NCBI GenBank assembly: GCA_964388155.1
Contig: CAYLYH010000006.1
Location: forward strand, 11,350 to 75,349
From: an uncultured bacterium
Lineage (GTDB): Bacteria > Fidelibacterota > Marinisomatia > Marinisomatales > JACNKV01
Direction of reading: 5' to 3'
DNA length: 64,000 nt
A model generated the notes under the pieces. The model saw only the letters and a program-made list of their open reading frames with translations, was not told where the DNA came from and did no database searches. Position 1 is the stretch's first letter; each line of letters starts with the position of its first letter. A program made the position numbers and the translations under genes. Of this stretch, positions 50,251 through 59,507 are shown in pieces.

Positions 50251-50598
50251 ATGATATTACAAACAAACCTAGACCATATTGCGTCTGAAGAAGAGTATGA
50301 TAAAATGCTAGAAGAAAATGAAAACGTCATGATTTGCTGTGGCAGAATGGGGCCGATGTGTCTACCTGTCTATGCTGCGATGGAAACGCTGAAGCCGGAT
50401 TATAAACACATAAAATTTTACGATATGGCATTCGATGCCCCTTTCGCCCACGTCATTCGCAATCATCCCGATTGTTCAGGTTTTATGGGACTGCCGTTTA
50501 CGATGTATTATAAAAATGGGAAAGTTGTGAAAGCAACAAGTAGTATCCAAAATACATCTCAAGTTAAGACGATTCTTGACGAAAACTTTACAGACTAA
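50251..50598 (+). CDS. thioredoxin-fold protein with atypical CCGRMGPMC motif
   Basis: 115 aa, AAGGAG 7 nt upstream. Thioredoxin-like beta-alpha-beta layout with cis-Pro-like LPFTMYYKNGK. Confidence 0.6.
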   Translation: MILQTNLDHIASEEEYDKMLEENENVMICCGRMGPMCLPVYAAMETLKPDYKHIKFYDMAFDAPFAHVIRNHPDCSGFMGLPFTMYYKNGKVVKATSSIQNTSQVKTILDENFTD

Positions 50599-51036
50599 AT
50601 GAGGAAAATCATGAATGTAAAATGGTTGATCATTTCTTTTTCATTTGGGTTGATGTTCACTGCGTGCTCCAAGGATGAGGTACAAAACAAAACAACCAAA
50701 AACCCTGTGTCAAAGATGGTAAGTTCATCCTCAGATAAGACTGTTAATAAATCAATTGTTGAGAAACAAAAACTCTTGTTTTTTATTAACCCGAATGGAC
50801 GTCCGTGTCAGATACAAAATACAATTTTGGAAAAAATAAGATCGCAAATCAATGAAAAGGCTGACGTTATTTACGTTAAAACAACGGATCCGTCTGCACG
50901 GGATTTGTTTTACAAGTACGGTATTCGGTCGTTGCCTAGTATAATCATTGCAGATTCTAAAGGTGGTCCGATAAAACGTTTCCCTCCCGGAATCCAGAAT
51001 GAAGACACTATCTTAAACGTTTTGAAAGCATTTTGA
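50599..51036 (+). CDS. thioredoxin-fold lipoprotein (single-Cys GRPC site)
   Basis: Lipobox MFTAC. LLFFINPNGRPCQ at the position of WCxxC, and SLPSIII...G cis-Pro region. Confidence 0.6.
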   Translation: MRKIMNVKWLIISFSFGLMFTACSKDEVQNKTTKNPVSKMVSSSSDKTVNKSIVEKQKLLFFINPNGRPCQIQNTILEKIRSQINEKADVIYVKTTDPSARDLFYKYGIRSLPSIIIADSKGGPIKRFPPGIQNEDTILNVLKAF

Positions 51037-51683
51037 TGGAGTTTTCACTTTCGGCATTATTCCTTGCGATGGGAGCGGGATTGATGAGCGTTGCTTCACC
51101 TTGTGTGCTACCGGTTGTCCCGATTATTATAACAGGGACGGAACAGGATCATAAGCTACGCCCTTTATTAATTGTCATGGGTTTATCTCTCACATTCATT
51201 TTGATGGGGGTCATCAGTTCATTATTCGGTTCGATGATTGCCGGAAAAATGTTGTTAGTGGAAAAAGCCGCCGGTATTTTTGTTATTTTGTTCGGAATAT
51301 TGATATTGGGAGATATCAACATCTTTAAACGTATTACTATTTTCAATAAGATCGGTAACCCTTCCGGCGGAAAGTGGTCAGGATTTGTTCTTGGGCTTAC
51401 TCTAGGGCTAGTTTGGATTCCGTGTGTTGGGCCGATGTTGTCAGGTGTACTTACGATGGTGGCGACACAAGGTCAAGTATTACCCGGAGTTATCCTGTTA
51501 ATGTTTTATTCTGCAGGGTTTGCAATTCCGATGCTGATAGTTGGTTATTCTTCACAGGCAGTCAGAAATAAGATTCGAGTGGTTCAGAAATATCCAATTG
51601 CCGTGCGAATTTTCAGCGGTGGAATATTGGTTGCGTTCGGAATATATATTCTTGTGAACGGTATTTTGGGTTTTGGTTGGTAG
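51033..51683 (+). CDS. ccdA: cytochrome c biogenesis / thiol-disulfide transporter CcdA (DsbD membrane domain)
   Basis: 216 aa, 6 TM helices, conserved Cys in TM1 (SPCVLPVVP) and TM4 (WIPCVGPML). Confidence 0.88.
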   Translation: MMEFSLSALFLAMGAGLMSVASPCVLPVVPIIITGTEQDHKLRPLLIVMGLSLTFILMGVISSLFGSMIAGKMLLVEKAAGIFVILFGILILGDINIFKRITIFNKIGNPSGGKWSGFVLGLTLGLVWIPCVGPMLSGVLTMVATQGQVLPGVILLMFYSAGFAIPMLIVGYSSQAVRNKIRVVQKYPIAVRIFSGGILVAFGIYILVNGILGFGW

Positions 51684-51715
51684 TTAACTTGTAAACAGTA
51701 TAATAAAAAAGGCTC

Positions 51716-51880
51716 TCAGGAGTCTTTTTTAATGGGGACAGTAGCGCGTTTTAATCTTTTTATTCCCATTGTCATCAGAGATAAAAGGATTGCCATAAGA
51801 ACATCCGCAACGGGAGGGACGGAAGGGAAGCCGTAATTCCAGGCAATCACTCCCAAAAGCCAAATTAAATACGTTTTCAT
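51716..51880 (-). CDS. possible small 2-TM membrane protein
   Basis: MKTYLIWLLGVIAWNYGFP...LMAILLSLMTMGIKRLKR. Only hydrophobicity and the flanking hairpin support it. Confidence 0.3.
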   Translation of the reverse strand: MKTYLIWLLGVIAWNYGFPSVPPVADVLMAILLSLMTMGIKRLKRATVPIKKDS

Positions 51881-52008
51881 AAGTGCGAAAGTTATCAAAA
51901 TACCTGTGTTCAGATGAAAGAATATTTCAGGAAATATTTACTCGTTATTTTTAATTTGAACAGACTTGCTCAATTTAGTCCAAACTTATTGTTCAACGAA
52001 TCATAAAC

Positions 52009-52046
52009 TCGTAAAATTGTGACCGTAAAAAGTCGTAAAATTGTGA
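52009..52046 (+). promoter_or_regulatory. direct repeat tcgtaaaattgtga x2 (24-nt spacing) upstream of the YchF-like gene
   Basis: Identical 14-mers at 52009-52022 and 52033-52046, with a third cgtaaaa between them, 53 nt upstream of the TTG start. Confidence 0.5.
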
Positions 52047-52098
52047 AAGACAGCACACGTATCCATTTTAAAGAAAAAATAAAGAAGGAAAACAAACA

Positions 52099-52788
52099 TT
52101 GAAGATTGGATTTACAGGGATTGATTTACCGGAAGGAAAAATTAAATATCAAGATAAGTATTTAATCGCGTTAGCCGGAAAAGACAACCCCAAAAAAGTT
52201 ACGCCGTATTTCATGGAATTGATTCAGGATGATTTTACACAAGCAGAAGCAATAATTGTCCCGAAAGATAAAATATTAGATATATTAATTTATGATTTAG
52301 AAAAAATGGAAGCACGCTTAGAACGTTCAGATGATTCATCAGAAAAAGTGTTAATTAAAAAATATATAAAGATACTGGAAAATGAAACTCCGCTTTGTGA
52401 TGCTGAATTTGATAAGGCTGAACAAAAAATACTAAAAACGATTTCTCCGTTTAGTCTAAAACCTGTGGTTCAAGTAGAGGAAACTGACGAATTAAATAGC
52501 CTTTTTACAGAGACATTTGAAAAAGCTAATCGGATGTTTTTTTACACCTCAGGTCAGGCAGAATCTCATGCTTGGATTGTCAAAAAAGGATCAGACATTG
52601 TTACATGTGCCGGGAAGATACATACGGATTTGGCACGAGGGTTTATCCGTGGAGATGTTGTATCATTTGAAGAATACATGACATGTCATAATTTTAACGA
52701 CTGTAAATCAAAAGGGAAAGCCAGGGTAGTTGATAAAGAATATATTGTTCAGCCAAACGAAGTGATTGAGATTAGATTTAATGTTTAA
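52099..52788 (+). CDS. YchF-related protein retaining the coiled-coil and TGS/DUF933 domains but lacking GTPase motifs
   Basis: The C-terminus FFYTSGQAESHAWIVKKGSDIVTCAGKIHTDLARGFIRGDVVSFEEY...VIEIRFNV matches the YchF C-terminal domain. At the N-terminus, MKIGFTGIDLPEGKIKY replaces the GLPNVGKS P-loop. TTG start. Confidence 0.7.
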   Translation: MKIGFTGIDLPEGKIKYQDKYLIALAGKDNPKKVTPYFMELIQDDFTQAEAIIVPKDKILDILIYDLEKMEARLERSDDSSEKVLIKKYIKILENETPLCDAEFDKAEQKILKTISPFSLKPVVQVEETDELNSLFTETFEKANRMFFYTSGQAESHAWIVKKGSDIVTCAGKIHTDLARGFIRGDVVSFEEYMTCHNFNDCKSKGKARVVDKEYIVQPNEVIEIRFNV

Positions 52789-53011
52789 GTTGTATTTATT
52801 TTGCTTAAATAATTAAAACCCTGTCGGGAAGTTGAAGATTTTTCTTTACGTTTCCAGTCGATTTAAAATATGCTGTAGATATCTTGCTAGACGGAGGAAA
52901 ACAAGCACTTGATTAGGTTTTTTCTTTGACTTAAATTACCTCCTGATTTGCAGATTATTGCAATCTCGAACATACAATTTATTTAATCAGATTAAGAATA
53001 GGAATGTCAAT

Positions 53012-53491
53012 ATGGCGACTTTGATTTTGCGGGATACACACCGCGCATTGGAAGAGAAAATGGATTCTCTTAATAAATTAAAAAAGGAGACTTCAGTAAA
53101 GATTAGAGATGCAGCTAGTCATGGCGATCTTAAGGAAAATGCGGAATACCATGCTGCCAGGGAGGAACAGAGTTTAATAGTACGTAAGACACAATCGCTG
53201 CAGACCCATACACCATTCAAGATTATCGAGTATGGCGAAATTGAAACAGGCAGAGTAGGGTTTGGCAATAAGGTTACAATCTGGGAGGAGGGCAAAGATA
53301 AGGCTGAAGACTATTATCTATTAGGTCCCATCGAATTTGAGTTGGATCTTTATCCCATGGTTGTAACCTATCATTCACCTTTTGGTCGAGCCATAGCGGG
53401 GAAAAAGGTTGGTGAAGATTTTACACTTGAAAGCCGGGGTAAAGAGACAAAGTTCACAATTACTGCAATTGAAAAGATTTCCACAGAATGA
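53012..53491 (+). CDS. greA: GreA/GreB-family transcription elongation factor
   Basis: GDLKENAEYHAAREEQ motif and a C-terminal FKBP-like domain. ATG 53012 preferred over the listed 52958. Confidence 0.8.
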   Translation: MATLILRDTHRALEEKMDSLNKLKKETSVKIRDAASHGDLKENAEYHAAREEQSLIVRKTQSLQTHTPFKIIEYGEIETGRVGFGNKVTIWEEGKDKAEDYYLLGPIEFELDLYPMVVTYHSPFGRAIAGKKVGEDFTLESRGKETKFTITAIEKISTE

Positions 53492-53574
53492 TGATTAAAA
53501 TTTAACCCGTTGTGCATATTAAATGATTTTATACAAATTGACCTGAGTATGTCTCAATATTTATAGTTTTGGAC

Positions 53575-53978
53575 TGAGAAGTGGACCCCTAAAACTGTCT
53601 GCCCGTGCAGACGGGGACAGGGTATTAAGTTGTAATTTCTGCATGAACAAATAGCAAAGGAAGATCAGAAATGAGCAAGAAACGCAGAAATCATTCAGCA
53701 GCATTTAAAGCGAAAGTAGCTTTAGTTGCGATAAAAGGTGATAAAACGATGAGTGAACTATGTCACAATACATCTTAAATCAAGTGCAGATACAGAAATG
53801 CCTGCCGGCCGCAGGCGGGGAAGAAACAACTTTTGGAAGGTTCTGAAGATGTATTTGGTGTATCAAAGAAAAAGGAAAAGAACCATGAGGTGGAGGTAAA
53901 AGATCTCCATGCAAAGATTGGTCAGTTGACCATGGAACGTGATTTTTTAGCCAAAGGTTACTTTATTTCTCTAATTTA
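53575..53978 (+). mobile_element. truncated IS3-family element (left end + decayed orfA only)
   Basis: TGAGAAGTGGACCCC... resembles an IS3-type left terminal repeat. The orfA remnant follows. No orfB/DDE region or matching right end was found. Confidence 0.6.
53671..53978 (+). pseudogene. IS3-family transposase OrfA (HTH) remnant, interrupted and truncated
   Basis: MSKKRRNHSAAFKAKVALVAIKGDKTMSEL... then a TAA at 53776, then KKQLLEGSEDVFG...DLHAKIGQLTMERDFLAKG back in the same frame. A GC-rich segment of about 22 nt disrupts the HPNQISQW region. Confidence 0.75.
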
Positions 53979-53979
53979 A

Positions 53980-54023
53980 TAGGGAATTATAACTGTCGTC
54001 AGTAGGGAATTCAACTTGTCGCT
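53980..54023 (+). repeat. two imperfect 21-nt direct repeats, 23-nt period (tagggaattataactgtcgtc / tagggaattcaacttgtcgct)
   Basis: Read directly, immediately after the IS3 truncation point. Confidence 0.7.
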
Positions 54024-54387
54024 GATCATTCGTGAAGACAATACTTTGCTTGTAGTTCGTAGCTCGTGACGGGTGGGGACACCCTTAACGTCGGGAAAAC
54101 GAACATTTTTAAGAATTACCGAAAAATAGAATAATTATTTATGGTTGTACCTTATTGTATTACAGGTATATACAGGATATCAATATGCTTCATTTAAAGA
54201 GATGCAAAAAGTTCATATTTTCGAATGCACGCACCGCAACGCTAAAGCCTCGATTTATGGATCAGTTGTTTTGCAAACCCATAAGATTTTATATTTTTTA
54301 AGAACATATATTACTTTACCCATACCGAATAAAGTATTGTAAATTTTCGTCTTAATTTCAATACAAAAAAGTAAATGTGAAACCGAT

Positions 54388-55815
54388 ATGACGACTAATA
54401 CTCCCAGAGTCAGATTTGCACCCAGCCCAACCGGTCAGCTGCATTTAGGTGGCGCCAGAACCGCTCTCTTTAATTGGCTCTTTGCCAAACATCATCACGG
54501 AAAATTTCTTCTGAGAATAGAGGACACAGATCGCCAACGTTCAAAGCAAGAACATACTGATCAAATTTGTGAGTCTATGCTTTGGCTTGGACTTACATGG
54601 GATGAAGGCATCGTTTATCAATCAAAAAGATTGGAGATATATCAAAAAGCAATTCAATCGTTGCTGAAAACGGATAATGCATACCGTTGTTTTTGTTCCA
54701 AAGATGATTTATCCCGGCAGCGTGAGGACGCTCAAAAACGTGGTGATGGTTATCAGTACAATCAAGCTTGCCGAAATTTATCCGAAGACATTATTGAGCA
54801 GAAATTATCGTCAAGCACACCATTTACAGTGCGACTGAGAGTCCCTGAAAAAGTTATCACATTTAAAGATCGTATTTATGGTGAAATTAACGTGAATACA
54901 AACGAACTTGATGATTTTATCATTGCAAGAACAGATGGACATCCTACCTATAATCTTGTGGTTGTCGTTGATGATAATGATATGAATATTTCGCATGTTA
55001 TTCGCGGAGAAGATCATATTTCAAATACGCCAAAACAAATACTCATCTATGATGCTTTGGCATTACCAATCCCCGAGTTTGCACACCTTCCAATGATATT
55101 AGGTCCTGACAAACGCCGATTGAGTAAACGTCATGGAGCTACCGGAGTTCAAGAGTATCGTGATATGGGTTATTTATCTCAAGCACTAAACAATTATTTG
55201 GCGTTATTAGGATGGAACCCCGGGACAGAAGAAGAAATATTTTCTTTACCGCGTCTCACAGAGGTGTTTTCAATCGGACAAATACAGAAAAAACCGGCTG
55301 TATATGATGAGAAAAAATTACAATGGGTAAGCGGGCAGCATCTGTTCAAACTATCAGGGAAAGAATTAATGACAGGAGTTCGGCGTATATTTCCTGATTG
55401 GCAAAAAAACGAAGAAGACACTTACGTTGAAAACGTATGTGAATTACTAAAATTACGAGCAAAGTCTCTCACAGAATTAAAAAACATTTCAACATATTTT
55501 TTTAAAGATCCAAAATCTTACGATGAAAAGGCAGTCCGAAAACGATGGAAAAATGATTCGGTGAATTCTCTGGTAAAGCAATTGTTGGACGAATTAACTT
55601 CCTTAGTAAATTGGACAGAATCAGGAGTGGAAATATCCCTGCGAAATGTTGCTGAGAAAGAGGGTATCTCCGCAGGGAAATTGATACACCCTGTTCGTTT
55701 AGCCCTCAGCGGTGTGTCGGCGGGTCCATCGCTGTTTGCCATGATGGAACTCCTCGAAAAAGAGACTTGCCTGCGCCGAATTGAAACAGCACTTGAAAGA
55801 TTACCGATACAATAG
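54388..55815 (+). CDS. gltX: glutamate--tRNA ligase
   Basis: HIGH region [19 protein letters not shown]-like RLSKRHG, 475 aa. Confidence 0.95.
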   Translation: MTTNTPRVRFAPSPTGQLHLGGARTALFNWLFAKHHHGKFLLRIEDTDRQRSKQEHTDQICESMLWLGLTWDEGIVYQSKRLEIYQKAIQSLLKTDNAYRCFCSKDDLSRQREDAQKRGDGYQYNQACRNLSEDIIEQKLSSSTPFTVRLRVPEKVITFKDRIYGEINVNTNELDDFIIARTDGHPTYNLVVVVDDNDMNISHVIRGEDHISNTPKQILIYDALALPIPEFAHLPMILGPDKRRLSKRHGATGVQEYRDMGYLSQALNNYLALLGWNPGTEEEIFSLPRLTEVFSIGQIQKKPAVYDEKKLQWVSGQHLFKLSGKELMTGVRRIFPDWQKNEEDTYVENVCELLKLRAKSLTELKNISTYFFKDPKSYDEKAVRKRWKNDSVNSLVKQLLDELTSLVNWTESGVEISLRNVAEKEGISAGKLIHPVRLALSGVSAGPSLFAMMELLEKETCLRRIETALERLPIQ

Positions 55816-55819
55816 CACT

Positions 55820-57505
55820 ATGAATACCACAGAACATAAATCGAACAATTTTATTGAAAATATCATTGACCAAGATCTGGAAAACGGGAAAAATGATTCG
55901 CGTGTGCATACACGTTTTCCGCCGGAGCCTAACGGGTATCTTCATATCGGGCATGCGAAATCGATTTGTCTAAATTTTAGTATCGCAAAGAAATATGACG
56001 GTGGATTATGTAATCTCCGCTTTGATGATACAAATCCGATAAAGGAAGAAGATGAATACGTCGATTCGATTATAGAGGATGTGAAATGGCTTGGGTTTAA
56101 TTGGCAGGATCGTTTGTATTATGCGTCTGATTATTTTGACCAAATGTATGCATACGCCATTCAGCTGATTAAAGCAGAGAAGGCGTACGTCTGCGACCTA
56201 ACAGCCGATGAAATTCGTGCTCACCGTGGCACGTTAAAAAACCCGGGAACGGAAAGTCCGTATCGAAATCGAACCATAGATGAAAACCTCGACCTTTTTC
56301 AACGAATGAAAAATGGTGAATTTGAAAATGGGTCGAAAACATTACGTGCGAAAATTGATATGGAATCTCCGAATTTGAATATGCGCGATCCTGTAATGTA
56401 TCGTGTTTTGAAAGCCTCACATCACCGCACCAGCGATACATGGTGCATTTATCCGATGTACGACTGGGCGCATGGATTAGAAGATTCGATAGAGGGAATT
56501 ACACATTCACTTTGCACGCTGGAATTTGAAGATCATCGTCCTTTATACGATTGGTTTTTGGAGGAGCTTAGTGTCTATCATCCTCAACAAATAGAATTTG
56601 CACGGTTGAACATGAGTTATACGATTATGAGTAAACGAAAACTGCTTCGCTTAGTGCAAGAAAATCACGTTACCGGCTGGGATGATCCAAGGATGCCGAC
56701 GATTTCAGGGCTACGCCGTCGAGGGTACACACCTAAATCAATCCGTAATTTCGCGGATAAGATTGGCATTGCAAAACGCGATAATATCGTGGATATGGCA
56801 TTATTAGAACATAGCGTCCGCGAGGATCTAAACCAACATGCCCCGCGCGTAATGGGTGTGCTTGATCCGTTGAAGGTAGTAATTGATAATTATCCTGAGG
56901 GGCACGTCGATGAATTGGAAGCTATTAACAATCCGGGCAACCCGGAGGCAGGGACGCGGATGGTGCCGTTCTCACGGGAATTATACATTGAAAGAGCTGA
57001 TTTTATGGAAGATCCTCCACGAAAATTCTTTCGTTTAGCTCCAGGGAGAGAAGTGAGATTGCGGTATGCATATTTTATTACATGTCAAAATGTTGTTAAG
57101 GATGATAATGGTAATATCATTGAGTTAAGGTGTACCTATGATCCGGCAACGAAGGGTGGCTCTTCGCCGGATGGTCGGAAAGTAAAAGGTACATTACACT
57201 GGGTTTCGGCATCTCATGCCATTGATGCAGAAATCCGTCTTTATGACCGCCTTTTCTCAGTTCAAAACCCGGGGAAAGAACATGACTTTGTTGAAGATAT
57301 TAATCCTAATTCACTTACTGTGCTTAAAGAATGTAAGCTGGAGCCGTCACTTAATAATCCTGAAAAAGGAATCATCTATCAGTTTGAGAGACAAGGGTAT
57401 TATACACCGGACTTAAAGGACTACTCGAAAGAACATCCGGTCTTTAATTGCACTGTGTCGCTGAGAGATTCCTGGGCGAAAATTGAAAAAGCTCGGAAAC
57501 GTTGA
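55820..57505 (+). CDS. glnS: glutamine--tRNA ligase
   Basis: [16 protein letters not shown] and IMSKRKL motifs. ATG 55820 lies 5 nt after the gltX stop and is preferred over the listed 55781. Confidence 0.95.
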   Translation: MNTTEHKSNNFIENIIDQDLENGKNDSRVHTRFPPEPNGYLHIGHAKSICLNFSIAKKYDGGLCNLRFDDTNPIKEEDEYVDSIIEDVKWLGFNWQDRLYYASDYFDQMYAYAIQLIKAEKAYVCDLTADEIRAHRGTLKNPGTESPYRNRTIDENLDLFQRMKNGEFENGSKTLRAKIDMESPNLNMRDPVMYRVLKASHHRTSDTWCIYPMYDWAHGLEDSIEGITHSLCTLEFEDHRPLYDWFLEELSVYHPQQIEFARLNMSYTIMSKRKLLRLVQENHVTGWDDPRMPTISGLRRRGYTPKSIRNFADKIGIAKRDNIVDMALLEHSVREDLNQHAPRVMGVLDPLKVVIDNYPEGHVDELEAINNPGNPEAGTRMVPFSRELYIERADFMEDPPRKFFRLAPGREVRLRYAYFITCQNVVKDDNGNIIELRCTYDPATKGGSSPDGRKVKGTLHWVSASHAIDAEIRLYDRLFSVQNPGKEHDFVEDINPNSLTVLKECKLEPSLNNPEKGIIYQFERQGYYTPDLKDYSKEHPVFNCTVSLRDSWAKIEKARKR

Positions 57506-57613
57506 ACATAGAACATGGAAAACGGAAAATGTTGAAGCGTAGAGTATCAGTGAAATTTTTACACAAAAATATTTCGGTAGAAACAGTGATAAAATATTGA
57601 GTACTTTTCACGT

Positions 57614-58918
57614 ATGCGTTACCCGATATTTACATTAGTTGTCCTTCTTTTCGCGGGTTTGGAACTTGGTAACCCGGTTTCTGCGGCAGAAAATACCTAT
57701 GTGTATATCCTCAATTTCGATAACATTCAGGATGAAACTGCTACAGAATGGTTGGAGATTGGATTTGCCGATAAACTTCGTGAGAAATTATCATCTCAAA
57801 ATGGATTACATATTCGTTCACGGCAGGATCTTGAGAAAATTATGGATGATCGTCAACGTCTGCTGTCTCAGCCACGAGGATCGAATAATGTCCTCTTATT
57901 AGGAAAGTTTAACCGTTCCCTCGATGAGATTAGTGTGAGTGTCCAGCTTATCAATATTGTGACATGGAAAGAACTGGATTCTAAGAAAGTTCTTGGGAAA
58001 TATTCTGAAATTTCATTATTAATGGACACTCTATATAACGCCATATTTACGATGTTAAAACCATTATTACCGGAAGACAAACCGTTGAAGCGTCCCTATC
58101 CTGATATGAATGTGTCAACAACAAAAGCTCTTTTGCCAACCGTGCATAAGCAAAGTACAGATGTTGCCGGAAATATTGATTCTGCTATTGAAGATTTAGA
58201 AATATCCATGGATATTGTCATCGGAGCACGTGAGGAAGCATCTGAAATGGATATGGATGTGGAAGGTGAATGGACGTTGGATCTCAATGTAGATAATGAG
58301 GAAGAAGAGAATCCTGAAAATGACGTGAATACAGATATACTGGTGGGAGTAATTGAGACACTCACGAAAAACCCATATCGTGTTAAGATGGAAAAACCAC
58401 GATTTGAATATGATACAGAAAATGACGATAACATGAAAGTCATATTTCCTGTTACATATGCTTTAAAGGAAACGATACTTAAAGATATGCTGTATTCGAT
58501 GCCTTACACCGGATTAAAACAAGATGGAACATTAACAATATTTTCCTTCAATAAAGAAAAATTTAATTTTCCACAGGCAACGGTAGATAAACTAAAATAC
58601 GGGACATATCGCAAAGTCCCGGTTATACAGTTTGTGGATAAAAATAGCGAACCGGTTGTGGTTATTGCAGATACACCTGATTATGAGTTGCATTCCATCG
58701 GTAGTGACCGGACGATTTTTGTACCAACACATCGGTTTTCACCATTAGTCGATATAACCGTCGGCGGCTGGGAAATACACATTGCAATGGAGACTGTATC
58801 AATTTCTGTCGATTATACGTTCATCATAGATGTTAAAGACGTAAATCGTCTCGAGGGTGTTAAACTTAAATTTATTCCTGCGGAAGAACTTCCTTTGTAT
58901 CTAAACCGTCTTCTTTAA
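57614..58918 (+). CDS. secreted hypothetical protein (N-terminal FlgO/TolB-N/LpoB-like module, acidic linker, unknown C-domain)
   Basis: Signal peptide ...GNPVSA|AE. YVYILNFDN...EWLEIGFADKLREKLSS...IRSRQDLEKIM resembles CsgG/LpoB-like scaffold modules. Confidence 0.4.
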   Translation: MRYPIFTLVVLLFAGLELGNPVSAAENTYVYILNFDNIQDETATEWLEIGFADKLREKLSSQNGLHIRSRQDLEKIMDDRQRLLSQPRGSNNVLLLGKFNRSLDEISVSVQLINIVTWKELDSKKVLGKYSEISLLMDTLYNAIFTMLKPLLPEDKPLKRPYPDMNVSTTKALLPTVHKQSTDVAGNIDSAIEDLEISMDIVIGAREEASEMDMDVEGEWTLDLNVDNEEEENPENDVNTDILVGVIETLTKNPYRVKMEKPRFEYDTENDDNMKVIFPVTYALKETILKDMLYSMPYTGLKQDGTLTIFSFNKEKFNFPQATVDKLKYGTYRKVPVIQFVDKNSEPVVVIADTPDYELHSIGSDRTIFVPTHRFSPLVDITVGGWEIHIAMETVSISVDYTFIIDVKDVNRLEGVKLKFIPAEELPLYLNRLL

Positions 58919-58940
58919 TCTCAAGGTTGTTTAATTGACA

Positions 58941-59507
58941 ATGAAGTATGTTTTTTTTATCTTTATATATTTTTCTATTTTGTTTGCAGAAGAGTCAGAG
59001 AAAGTTAAACAAACTGAATTCCCAAATGTAAGAATACACACACTCAAAGGTCAAAGTATCTCACCGCATGATATATTAGATAAGAAATTGACATTAGTTA
59101 ATTTTTGGGCAACATGGTGTGTTCCATGTCTGAAAGAAATGAAATATCTAAATCAATTTCATGAAAAATATAGTGAAGAGGGGTTTCATGTGGTTGGTAT
59201 TTCCATAGATGATACACGCACCTCCCGCCGTGTACCGTCTGTTGTAAGATCAAAACATATTACCTATCCAATTTATCTTGATACAGAACAGGCTTTGTTC
59301 CAGCGTTTCCAATGTTCTGCGATGCCATTTTCGGTGTTAGTGTCTTCTGAGGGAATTGTTCTTTGGGAACATACGGGATATATTTCCGGTGATGAGAAAG
59401 AAATGGAACGTGTCATTCTCTCACATTTGAGGGAGAATGATATCCATGAAAATGCTGAAGCCGTTTCCGGAAAAGATGAAGATTTACTTGAGCAGAAAAG
59501 CGAATAA
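58941..59507 (+). CDS. TlpA-family periplasmic thiol-disulfide oxidoreductase
   Basis: Signal peptide, NFWATWCVPC CxxC motif, AhpC/TSA-like fold, 188 aa. Confidence 0.85.
   Translation: MKYVFFIFIYFSILFAEESEKVKQTEFPNVRIHTLKGQSISPHDILDKKLTLVNFWATWCVPCLKEMKYLNQFHEKYSEEGFHVVGISIDDTRTSRRVPSVVRSKHITYPIYLDTEQALFQRFQCSAMPFSVLVSSEGIVLWEHTGYISGDEKEMERVILSHLRENDIHENAEAVSGKDEDLLEQKSE

Noticed and set aside
54040-54100. tRNA fragment (hairpin gggtg-ggga-caccc)
   Set aside because: There is no T-loop GTTCRANYC consensus, no acceptor stem and no anticodon arm. No tRNA-like sequence was recognised anywhere in the window.
54145-54342. 65-aa ORF upstream of gltX
   Set aside because: It lies in AT-rich promoter-like DNA with no RBS and an implausible composition. 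It is more likely part of the IS scar or the gltX promoter region.
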